From Kudoa neothunni (taxonomy: Eukaryota > Animalia > Cnidaria): a stretch of DNA of 64,000 nt. The notes under the pieces were generated by a model. The model did no database searches. It worked only from the letters and a program-made list of their open reading frames with translations, and was not told the origin of the DNA. The position numbers were made by a program, and so were the translations under genes. Shown in pieces: positions 39,444 to 51,190 of this stretch. Every line of letters begins with the position of its first letter. Within the stretch, counting starts at the first letter, position 1. The stretch is taken from NCBI GenBank assembly GCA_964304625.1, contig OZ199840.1, positions 3,361,631 through 3,425,630 of the forward strand, read 5' to 3'.

Positions 39444-39455
39444 CGCGCATGCGCA
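39444..39455. promoter_or_regulatory. NRF1-type palindrome GCGCATGCGC just upstream of BUD23 ATG
   Basis: CGCGCATGCGCA in very AT-rich DNA, about 28 bp before the start codon; matches the NRF-1 consensus. Confidence 0.55.
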
Positions 39456-39482
39456 GATAAGAAGGAAAACCACGTTTTTGCA

Positions 39483-40892
39483 ATGCCTAACGTTCGACCA
39501 GAACTAATTGCTCCACCGGAAATTGTAATTTGGTGTTATTAATTGTTTCAGTGATTTTTGTCAAGTATTATGGAATAGATGAAGCGAAAAAGTACACGAA
39601 AGAGTACAATAAATAATTACATTTTATTGTTGCTAAGATGGTTTTTTGTTTATTTAAAACATGGTATAGTTCAAGAATAAATTCTGAAGTCAAATTAACT
39701 GAAAGAGCAATCGAATTGCTAAACCTTCCAAATGATGCGACATCATCAAAACTCATATTAGATGTGGGGTAAATTGATCAACCAACAAAATAACAAATAA
39801 ATAAATGAATGAATAAATAAATAAATAAATTGTTTCTGGTTTTATTTTTGTTAAATCTATACCCACATATACAATAGATGCGGATCATGTATAAGCGGTG
39901 AAGTATTGACCGAATCAGGATATGCCTGGCTTGGTGTGGATATCAGTTCAGCTATGTTAGGTGGGTAGGGGTTGGTTTTGTGTTAGGTATTCACATCTAC
40001 TACTTTAGATGTGGCTAATGAAAAGGATGTAACAGGCGGCTTGGTGGAAACCGACATTGGAGATGGTTTGCCATTTAGGGAATCTGTTTTTGATGGGTGT
40101 ATAAGGTAACCTCACAATCATCAATTGTATGTGGCTGTATTTTTTAATTGTAAAATTTTTCAAATTATAGTATATCAACACTCCAGTGGTTATGCTATGT
40201 TTCAGAAAGTGATCACAATCCTATTGGTAGAATTTATAAGTTCTTTTCTTCGCTGTTTAAAGTGCTGGTAATTATCGTCTTTTTTTGGATTTGTATATGA
40301 GATTATTTTTAGAAAATGGGCTCAAGAGCTGTGTTTCAATTCAATCCAAACAATCCCGATCAAGTTGAAACTTTAATTTTGAGATATGGTTGAAATTTTA
40401 AATTCAGGTTGAACTACTAACCAAATATGCACTAAAGGCAGGATTTACTGGTGGTGTTGTAGTTGATTATCCGAACAGTACTAAAGCCAAAAAGTACCGA
40501 ATTCTTGCCGGAGTGGAGTGGATTTTTTGGTTTAAATTCATCTTTAGAATATTTTTGTGCCTCAGCGCTGGATATCAAATAGCATCTCTACCCAGCGCAC
40601 TAGACGGACATATTGAGGATGATACTGCCGAGAATATTTCATCCAAGTGATTCATGTGCATGCTATTGTTGTAATGTATTCGTTGAAGTGTGCAGAAAAA
40701 TGTTGGAAAAGCCAGTTTGAGAAAACCCCCTAAAAAATCTCGTCAATGGATTATCGAAAAGAAAAGTAGACTCACCAACAAAGGAGTAGAGTATGTTTGT
40801 TGTGGTTCTTTATAAATGTTGATGATTTATGTCTCCACAGAACTAGACACCACAGTAAATACACTGGAAGAAAAAGGAAACCCAAATTCTAG
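39483..40892 (+). CDS. BUD23: 18S rRNA (guanine-N7)-methyltransferase BUD23/WBSCR22, about 11 exons
   Basis: Spliced translation [25 protein letters not shown]/..[31 protein letters not shown]/..[23 protein letters not shown]/..[19 protein letters not shown]/..WIIEKK../[12 protein letters not shown]-stop. Confidence 0.96.
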
Positions 40893-43329
40893 AACCACCG
40901 ATTGAACCACCGATTGTCTCGTTCCATAGATTTTATCGATGTAATTGGAATTAAACACTATTTAATTTCATATTTTGTAAACTAATCATATATAAATATT
41001 ACTCTGAGTAAATATTGATAATTATTTCCATTTGCTGTCTCAATACGTTCATAAATATTAATTCATTTGGAGAGTTTCCATCAATTATGGGAGGTTTGTG
41101 ATAAAAACTTGTACTGCGAATTTGAATGGGTTAATTTAGACGATAATGGATAATTTGTTGATTTTTTTATTTTTCGTCCTCTTAAGTATAGAGTTTCATG
41201 TCCTGAAATTTTTTTTGATTGGGCGAGAATCAGACGTTTTTAATACTAAAGTGAATAACTTTTTGTAATAAACTTGAATGGTCTTTAAGTTTTAGTGCCA
41301 TGCTTTTAAACAATTTTTCAACTATTTATAAGATGTTCTGCATTGGCAATTAAATTGATTATGGAACATTAGTTGGCTTCAAAACGAGTCCCATAATGCA
41401 CTAATATCGGCTATTTAAAATTAAGAAAGGAATTTAATGGTACAAAATTAAAATAAACATGTTTTATCTGAATAAATATAATTTTCAAAATTAGAACCAT
41501 TTTAAAAGAAGAAATCATAAGTAAAATCGATCCGAAAGGACAGAAACAGCGGTTGCATGATTGTATAAAATCGGAATCAACAAATTAACAATAAACGGGT
41601 TAAAATAAATAAAGGTGTACTGGCTCTAGTTTGTAACTCACCATAATTTTTAAGGCATATATAAAAGGCATAGTTTAAATTAACCCTTAATATCTGATTT
41701 ATACGTTCTTTTTTCAGACCTAATGTGTTATTTGAAAACTAGATTTGTTGCGTTATTTCTGTTATGTAATTTTAATTTTTACTGTATTTCTCTGTTTTAA
41801 AAAATGTTTTCCTTTAAATTTAATAACATGCGAAGTAGGTTTTCATACTTAGAAAGTTAAGTAAAACAAACAAATTCCACTATATTTAAACTGCTTCAAT
41901 GATACTCTTTATAAATCATTAAAATTAAAAGTTTATAGAGGTACCACTTACATCCTTCTAGCAACAAGCTTATAGTAACGAAAAGTAAATATTAAAATCT
42001 ACAATTATAAGAGAAAAATAAATTTTCTCAGCACATGTGTGTTTTCCTTAAAACCGAAACATATTTTTGTCTCTATAGGCACAGAAATCATTAAAATTAG
42101 TCGATAATAATTTTTTGAAATGATAGATTTTTTTTTAAATACAGAAATTATGTGATTGACATACTATTATAAGTTACGATTAAAATAATCGAATTTACAT
42201 TTAATAAATTTTTATTTTATCTGAAATTATGGAAAGTTAATATTACTCATTAAGTAGATACGCAATATTTAAACAATAACTCTGATTGAATTATTTCATA
42301 ATTACTTTAAACATGACATTCAATATATTATATCATACTTTAACAAGAGGTCTAAGTTATAAATATGAATATAATCAAGTTAATCAAATTAATTACATTT
42401 ATGATATTTCAGACTACAACAAATTTTTTGTGACTTGAATATCACCAACGAATAGAAGTAATTGTCTTAAAATTTATTACGAAGTAGTTCAATTCCAAAA
42501 TATAATTTGGATAACATAAAATGATTTTTTAGAGTAAAGATCACCTCAAAAAACTTATCAAAAATATTTATCTTAAGGCTCCAACTCCTAATTGATTGGA
42601 GTTTTTTTATAACTTTCAAGGTATTTTAAGACCGATTAATCTATATTATTATCGTTGATTTTCTCACTGAATTCCCAGGCTTTGTTTCGTTTGGTGATGC
42701 CGTTTCAAATTATATTCCCGTAATACAGCAACTGATTCAAGACAGCGAAAAGACATCATATTTTTGAGTATAATTATCACTAAAATTAGGGTTTTCGCCA
42801 ATAACTCTACGCTAGTACGCTATTGGGAAGACACATATGTATAGTTGTGCAAAATTGTGCTGTCATAAAACGACAATTAATAAGACAAAATTAAGACGAT
42901 AAATAAAAATCCATTTCTACATTAAGCTGATGATGTTTATGCACCTCTGCTATAAACATTTATGTTTAAAAATTTAAGGATATCTAGAAAATGACACAAA
43001 TTACATCGACTATATATCTTTTTAAATACAGTAATAAATAATTTTTTCTTGAATATATCGTTTGTAATGAATGTTATGGGAATAATTCTTATCGTGTTAG
43101 ATTTCTAATTTAGATATGAGCATCGCAGGCTCACGGTTTTTAATATTTAGTTATTTCTAGAATCTTTTTGTTTTAAATTAAATCGCACGTACCAGATCTT
43201 ACCTGATCACTATTACATATAATCATAGATAGGGTTTATGTTTGCGCAATTTTTCAGCCTTATAAACCCATCCGCAGGTCGCACAAAAATTATTCGGGGC
43301 CGCACTTTTCCCACCAATGGGTTAAAAGA

Positions 43330-44124
43330 AAAACCCTTTTAGGTTTGTTGTGGTAGTCTTCATGACTAGACCTCTTTCTGTGACCCATTCTTTGACAATG
43401 GTGGCATTTAGACGAACGGTATGGGCAGTTTTGTCTTGTAGGAAAGTTGCAGTTGGTTTAATAACCAAATGCCTATCGCCAACATTAATTACATCTTGTA
43501 ATTGCGGGCTGCGTTGCTCTATGAAGGGTGGCTTGTACTCTCGGATGGGGAGTATTCAGTATAATCGTATCACGTATGAGCCGTGGTGGATAGGATTGTT
43601 CCGGCTTCATTTTACAACTGGGGAATTTAACCATAAGTGAGGCTTCATGATTTCGCGAAGCCAAATATTCTCCAACTTTTGAAACATTGTCATCAAAAGT
43701 ACAGTTTGTCTATCATTATTTGAGAAAAGCTTCTCGTACAGTTGGTAACATTCTGGGCCAATCCGTGAGAAGAATAAAGTTTTCCAGTTCTCCGTTTCAG
43801 CGTTAAAGGGTTGGAAACTGTGAGACCGTTTTGTATTGTTGACCCCCAACCAGACCACTAAGAAATTTGAAATATTTGTTGTTGTTGATGGGGTGTGTCG
43901 CTTATTTTTTTGTTATCCATTATCCTGTCAGCACGCCAATTGTTATATTTCTTAATTTACGCGAGATAAGACACATTAACATTTAAGGTGACAATCGTGT
44001 AACGCCTAGCGTGCACAAACAGAAATTCTTAGAGGGACCATTTTGAGGATTTAATAACCACTTAGTTTTTATTCGAGTAAGTGATGCGAAAATAATGTGA
44101 GAACATCGCAATAACAACATAACA
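43330..44124 (-). mobile_element. Ty3/gypsy LTR-retrotransposon remnant (5' LTR ~43941-44124, PBS, gag fragments)
   Basis: TGTTAT...ATAACA termini; PBS-like TGGCGTGCTGACAGGA after the LTR; gag-like FQPFNAETENW..IGPECYQL and zinc-knuckle remnant CPYRSSKCHHCQRMGH. Confidence 0.65.
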
Positions 44125-44441
44125 CTAAAATCGATAAGCGTGATAAAAATATATGTCCCCTGTTAAGATGAACAAGCTGTTGTTAATTCTTTATAGGGAT
44201 TTATTCTCATTGTATACAATATCGCTCCCAATCAAGTACAGTATTTGCAGAGCAAACATTTAGTTGCTCACTGATAGTTTTTCGTGACTGTCTATCACTG
44301 ACGAAATGCATGCAGATAAATATTTATCATATTAATAATAACAATAAATATTGTTGACTCTTAAAATATAACATTTCGGCACTCCTAACCTAGAAAAGTG
44401 TGGATCCTGCATAATCCATATAAAATTTGTTAAGTCAAATT

Positions 44442-45493
44442 ATGAAAAAATGCATGAATTATTGCGATAATATATTTTTCATCATTGTCATTCTATTAGA
44501 AACAGGTGGTTTTCCCTGGATAAACTTTTCTAGAGGAAAAACAAGGGACGAAAATTGAACTTCGCGAATTCCCATAGCTGTTCAAAAAACATTTTTCCAA
44601 TAGCACTCTACATGGCTAGCATAAGCTCCGATTGTGAGTTCTTTAAAATAACCGAAATTTTTACAAGTTAATAATAATAGGTTTTTTATCATTAATGTAT
44701 TTTTTATTTTCAAATACCTAATATTCGCCTCGTCTGAGTGAGGAATTGAAGAGATATTTTAGGGACTCATTTTGGCGGATTAAAAGCTGTGTAATGTTTT
44801 AATCCGATTAATCCGAACCAGACACTGCCATGAGTGCTGTAACGACCTTAATATTTGTAATAAATTAACATTTGTTTAATAAAATTTTAGAAGGAAAAAA
44901 AATCTCTAGAACCATACTGTCGTTACCATTTGATATTAACTGCACATTTGAAACCGGGAAGCGGTTGTTCCCGATGTTCCTCGATGAAAATACCTAAGCC
45001 GAGTTTTAGACCTATTATATTAAGTCGGGTAAACTTTTTTATTTTTTTTCCTTAGATTCTAAATTAATTTAGATCTATCCAACAACATATTTTCGAGGCA
45101 CTGGCGTAGGGAGTAATTTGGGAAATGTCCCTAGGTGGTGTTGGGTTTCAGTTTCTATACTTGTGGTTGTCCTTGTGATTTGTGTTGCACTATGTAACAT
45201 TTATTGCTGTAAAAAAAATAGATCATACCCCGAATATTCACAACAAAGTGGTATCAATAATTTATTTATTTAATTAATTAAATATATTATATTAATAATT
45301 ATTATTTTTTAAGACTCAAATCCTAATGATCTGCAAATATCACCACAACAATTAAATGAATTTGAATTGAGGCCGTATTTATGGTGATATATTAGACAAA
45401 CCACAACCTCCACCCTATTCTGATCAAGACGAAGAACTTCAGTATCCGATTGAACTAAATGATATAAATAAATTCAATCAGAACGATAACTAA
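44442..45493 (+). CDS. Putative single-pass membrane protein with juxtamembrane CC and cytoplasmic PPPY motif (frameshifted; pseudogene or assembly errors)
   Basis: Open exons 44891-45028 and 45073-45250 (TM WVSVSILVVVLVICVALCNIYCCKK); last exon reads ..DKPQPPPYSDQDEE.. after a 1-nt shift; 5' exons uncertain. Confidence 0.5.
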
Positions 45494-45528
45494 CCTCCAA
45501 TATATAACTTTTATTATTTTTTATTTGA

Positions 45529-47050
45529 CCCTCTAACGATTTTGGGGTGTATTACACCCCAGATTTTTTTCATTATTTATTATAACCGTTATAGGATGTG
45601 CTCTGGTTTAAAAAAGTTTAGGAGAATTCTATCGAGTAGATTTTTATTAATTTAATGTCTTTCAAAAATTTAGTTTGCGCATGTCCTGTTTTAATAATGT
45701 CGAACAGCTCTGAAGACTACTGTAATGAAAAACAATCATCTGGCAGTGAATTAGATGATTATGTTGTTGGATCTTCTGAAAATTCGGATGATTCTATTGA
45801 ACCCTATGTCTTTGACGGATCATTGAAAAGTAAGAGTGGCATTGAGTGGAATTTGAATAAGCCTTCTAAATCTAGAACTTCGATTGAGAATATTATAAAT
45901 GGTCTCCCAGGACCAACGGCTTACTGTCATCAAAGGATTAAGTGTATTTTGGCTTGTTTTTTTTTTATTTTCTTTGGCCAAAATATTTGCCATGAAATAA
46001 TACAGTATTCCAATTTCTTTGGAAAAACATATTATAATGAACATTTGTCGGATATTGACGGTGTCGAATTCAGCGACTTCCTGGGGATTCTGATCTCAAT
46101 GGCTATCCATAAAGATAGACAGGAGTCCCTTTGTGAACATTTTAGTGTAGCTGAAGGAAGAAATATATCGTCAGCTTTTTTCGTAACAAAGATTTAAGTA
46201 GGTGCCAAGGGCGTTGCATTTCGTCTTATCCTAGAAAAAATGGATTGGAAATCTCATGAAACTGTAATGTAGACGAAAATATTGTATTTTCTCTTTCGTC
46301 TCCATTATATGATTCTGGACGAAATGTTGTTGCCGACAACTTTTTTTCCTACCTCCAATTGGCGTCTAAGTTACTGGGAAAATGGCTTACCTACCTAGGG
46401 GCCATTCACCATAATAAAAGAGAACTGCCTCCATGTGTTCTTCCGGCAAGAAACTGACCATTACATACAACCACGTTTGTTTTTTTGAAAAAACATGTCG
46501 ACATCTTATGTGAATAAAAAAAGGACGGCCTGCAATTGTTTTATCAACCGGCACAACGAACACCAACACGATGGTTGAAACAAATCATACGAGACCAGAG
46601 GTGATTATGTTGTACAACAAAGCGAAAGAGGGTGTTGACACCGTTACCGCATGTCAGCTTAATAGAGGGTGGCCCATGGCTGGCTTCTACAATATGGTTG
46701 ACCTTTCATTGATTAACACCTTTGCTATCTATAAAAACATATACAATGACAGAACTAAGCTTCGGCGTAATTTTTTGAGAGAACTTTCGGTGGATCTGTA
46801 TAAACCATTATTAGAAAGAGGTATGAACTCAAAAAAAGGCCTAGAATTTCTCTTAAAAATAATGTGCTAACACAAAACCGAATCAAAAACGGCGTCAGTT
46901 GTGTCCTCGACAAAGTGACAAACAACAAACTCAGTTTGTTTGACTTGAAAACGTTTTTACTGTAGCGAACATTCGTAAAAAATGCTGTGATTGTTAGACA
47001 AGTCATTGCAATTATAAACATTAACCTTATTGAGTAAATAGCATTTATTG
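45529..47050 (+). mobile_element. piggyBac remnant (3' region interrupted by the IS630/Tc1 element)
   Basis: TTGA-CCCTCTAAC end with GGGGTGTATTACACCCC palindrome; transposase pieces RPEVIMLYNKAKEGVDT, GWPMAGFYNMVD. Confidence 0.8.
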
Positions 47051-47329
47051 TACTGGGTTTCACATCCAAGTTGGAATGCTTGGACAATCAAATTGGAATT
47101 ATGCCATATTTCTGAAGTATTCATAAAACATTAATGATTTAAGCATAAAACAACAAAATCAAATAAATAAAGCATATTGTGATATAATATAATAGTAATT
47201 AGTCTTTACCGATATTTTCCAAGCGATGGCGTTTTCCAGTGAATGATCCAGAATGTTGGAAAATTTTAATAGTTTCCTCTTCTGTAATGGAATTACAAGC
47301 ATTCGTCATTCTTCCCAACAAGTCATTTC

Positions 47330-49319
47330 TGCAATGTTCTTCGCCACCCGTAAAGAAACACTTTTGACAATATATACAGTCGTGCCTCGGTATTGCGTAG
47401 AAACCCCATATCTCTTGTATTTGCTCTAGTTTAGTTAAATTGGGAAATATATTAGATATATTAATGCTAATATTATAAAATTATCGTAAAGAAAAATTGT
47501 TTTAAATAAACGACAACGTATATTATTCGATAGTGCGCAGTAAATTTGACAATGTCGAGAGTGCAGCGAGATATTGATGAGAAGAATAAAATTATTAGTT
47601 ACTATAATTCAATTAAATCAATTAAAAGTGCAAAAAATGACCGTAATGAAATTCGGACTAAGTATTCAAATGTTTTTACTTTATATTAATAATAACGATA
47701 ATTTTTGTTAAGAATATTCAACTCTCATTAGAATTCTCGCAACGGAACAAAAAATTACTGATTCCAATATTTCTAACAAGAGAAAGCGATTTTCTAGTGG
47801 TAAACATGAAGATGTCGATACCGAAGTTTATAATTGGATCGTAAATGCCCGAAATAATAAAAAACAAATTTCTGGCGAAATTATAATAGCAAAAGCATTG
47901 TCAATCGTCAAAGAAAAGAATATCGACAATTTTAATGCAAGTAGAGGATGGCTGGCTTGCTTTAAAAATAGATTTAGACTTCGTTCCGTAAGACTTCACA
48001 GGGAAGCATCTAGTGCTGATTCTTCTTCAATATATGCTTGGAAATTTGAGAATAAATATATTCTGCAGAGTTACGATCCGAAAAATATTAATGTTGATGA
48101 GACTGCGCTTTTTTACCAACAAATTAATAAGCGAATTTACGTATTAAAAGCAGAACAAGATGTCCGAGGATCTAAAGTGTCCAAGAAGCGTGTTACGGTT
48201 TTAGTATCTGCAGCCTTAGATGGTTCAAAATTACCATTATTTGCAATTGGTAAATATCAGAAGCCTCGTTGTTTTAAAAATATATCCCATCTACCAACTG
48301 AATATTTTTCACAGAAAAACTCATGGATGAACGCCTCTATCTTTTTTCAAATTATGAAAAAATTTAACAATATGTTTGAAAAAGAGAATAGAAAAGTTTT
48401 AATCTTATTAGACCAATGCCCCTCCCACCCTAAAGACATGAACGGACGGTCTAGAAAATATTAAATTTTTATTTTTGCCGAAGAATACTACATCAATATT
48501 ACAGCCTTGCGATTTAGGAATAATTAACTCATTAAAAAGCAACTATAAAAAAATTCTCCAGTCGATTAGTGTATTGGATGATAATGAATTAATATTAAAA
48601 AACTATACGTTATTCGATTGTTTAAAAACGTTAAAAAATGCTTGGAATAATGTTTCGAAGGAAACAATTATTAATTGTTTTAAAAAGTCAGGTGTTTTTG
48701 ATTAAAATTATAAATATATGTTTAATAGCATCAACAACTATTCATGAAATTCAAGAATATGATAGCATTAATGAAGGTATTTTATCAAAAATTATTTCTC
48801 TAAAATTGACTAGACTCATTTGATGATGTATAATCTTCTGAAATTAACGAAAAGGATGAAACAGACAAAGCCATAAAAAAGGTCCCTACAAAGAAAATTA
48901 GGGATGCAATACAAACTTTAAGGGAAACTTTTATCGCGGAAGAACCAGAAGGTTTATTCGACCTACACGCTGTAATGGACCGACTGATCTCAATACTAAA
49001 AAAAAGAGAACTCCAAACTACCATAACGGACTTTTTTCACAAAAAATAAAAAGAAACCTCATTTAACAATTAACTTATATTTTCATTTCTCGATTCTATG
49101 CCTAAAAAATAGGTTAAATCATAAAAATACAATTTCCCTCAATGTGCACGCGCCAGCATCGATATTGCGTACTAATTTTGTATTGCGTAGTAAAATTGAA
49201 TCCCCGATTTACTTCGCAATATCGAGGTTTGACTGTAATCATCAGGCGTCGTGCCCAAAATACACTGAATAATATTCAATGGTTTATTAATCTTTATATT
49301 ATAATTGCAATCTACAACA
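47330..49319. mobile_element. ~129-bp solo-LTR-like insert (TG...CA, 5-bp TSD ATTTC), split by the pogo element
   Basis: ATTTC at 47325-47329 and 49320-49324; removing the insert restores the IS630 frame ...YLNGRN|DLLGRMTNACNSI...; AATAAA on the minus strand. Confidence 0.75.
47377..49235 (+). mobile_element. pogo/Tigger-family transposon (CENP-B HTH + DDE_1), decayed
   Basis: TIRs CAGTCGTGCCTCGGTATTGCG / CGCAATATCGAGGTTTGACTG, TA TSD; FNASRGWLACFKNRF, NVDETALFY, LILLDQCPSH, PKNTTSILQPCDLGII. Confidence 0.93.
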
Positions 49320-51190
49320 ATTTCTTCCATTCAAGTACCCATGACGTCTAATGGGTGACCTTATCAATGAAAATACCTCCTCACATGGGTTCGAAAATAG
49401 TGAGAACGTGGGTAAATAATCAACTTCAGGAGCATAATTATCATGGAATTCTTGATTCGCGTGATGAAATCTCACGTTATCCATATCCATTGCGATAACA
49501 AATCATTGTGTCCAACAATTTCTTCAATTTTTTTCAAAAACGTTTGAAAATTTGCCTCACAATGAACGATTCCTTTGACACAAACGGCAAAGATCAGAGT
49601 TATATTCTTTCCTCGAATATTTCGAACAACAGAATTCGGAGTGACATCTCTTAACGCACGGCCATGAGTTCGCAGCATATGTAAGTTGAATGAACTTTCA
49701 TCCACAAAAATTAATTTTTCATGCCTGACGTGAATTGGAAGATTTCCATACCATTCTACGCATTCTTTTCTTTGAAGTATGGTTCTGTCAGAATTTCGGC
49801 TTAATGGAACACTTCTCGTCATCCTAAAAGTGAGATTCAATGACTTTAGCCATCTCCACACGGTTGTTTCAGACACTCTCAGATCTAATTTCTCTGTCAC
49901 CATAGAAATAGAAATTGTGCAGTCGTCATTCAAAACGACACGTCTCGCTCCTCCTCCTCTTTTCAGTTTGATTATGGTATTATCGGATTCATTATATTTT
50001 ATTACAATATTGCTAACAGTTGAAGTGCTCAGTTTAAAAAATTCTGCCATTTCAACTTGCGACTTGCCTTGTCGTTGACAAGACAACAAATTTTCTTTCT
50101 ATCATCGCCGGTAATTTTACTGTATTTGACCGTCTTTTAATGCAAAATTAACTTGATAATTTAAATCTAATCTCAATCTCGTCAAAATGTAAATTGCAGA
50201 ATCCCAATTTTATTGTTGACGCATCCCAACTTGGATGTAAAACCCTGTATCACTTGATTTTATTTTTTCTTGCGCGAAATACAGTAATCGATTGGTCGTA
50301 CATAACCCCCTTAAGGATTGAGGAATTGTATGTACTTTTTGCGCAAGCGCACCAAAATATTTAAATACAGAACCAGCTATAACATAAATATTAATAAAAA
50401 GACAATTATTTTTTTTATTTAAAATTACGATTTAAAAATGAATAAATATCTGGAATAGAATCAGACATTAACTCCCACTTTTTTGAGCCATGATGTTTAA
50501 AATATTTGCCAAGCCTTTCAAAATAAAGTAAGGCCACATCTGAAAGGCTCAATTTTTGATCGATAAAATCATCATCCGTTTCTGAGTTAACGGGGAAGGA
50601 CCATCATTGCGCCATTGTTATTTCTGTGGATTAGAGTGGACATCATTATAAACCACACTATTATGTATATACAACATGTTTCTATATTTATCCTTCATTT
50701 CTCAACAAGCTACCACATTGATGTAACTATAAAAACTTACTAAATGTTTAATCGTGGTAAAAAAAGAAAGGAACGTTGCTATAAGCTGGGATTATAATTG
50801 ATTGTGCGCGCGTTCCACGGACACTTGTATTGTTCTCACATGGTGTCTTTCTTGCGTGATCTTAGAATATAGCAAACGTTTAATTTAATCGCGCAGTCAA
50901 AGCAAGAAGCTACGTACGACCGATCCTCACGTGACTTATTTTTCGTACTAGGTATGTTTATAAATTATTCTAAGCGAGTAATAATAATATGAATCATTTT
51001 TGAAATCATTTGAATACGAGAAAACATTTTAATCTGTAAAATAACTAATGTACGTACGAACGGTCAATTATTGTAGCCCGAAGCAATCAAGATCTCATCC
51101 ATCGGATTAAAAGGAATTATCCTTTATATATATAAAAGAGGACTGTCGGTACGTTTGTTTGTTTGTTTGTGTGTGTCAGTGTGTGTATGC

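Larger units (their letters stand above)
47053..50247 (-). mobile_element. IS630/Tc1-family DNA transposon, interrupted
   Basis: 27-bp TIRs CTGGGTTTCACATCCAAGTTGGAATGC / GCATCCCAACTTGGATGTAAAACCCTG with TA on both sides; motifs IFVDESSF, MDNVRFH, YLPTFSLFSNPCEEVFS; C-terminus resumes at ~47324. Confidence 0.9.
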
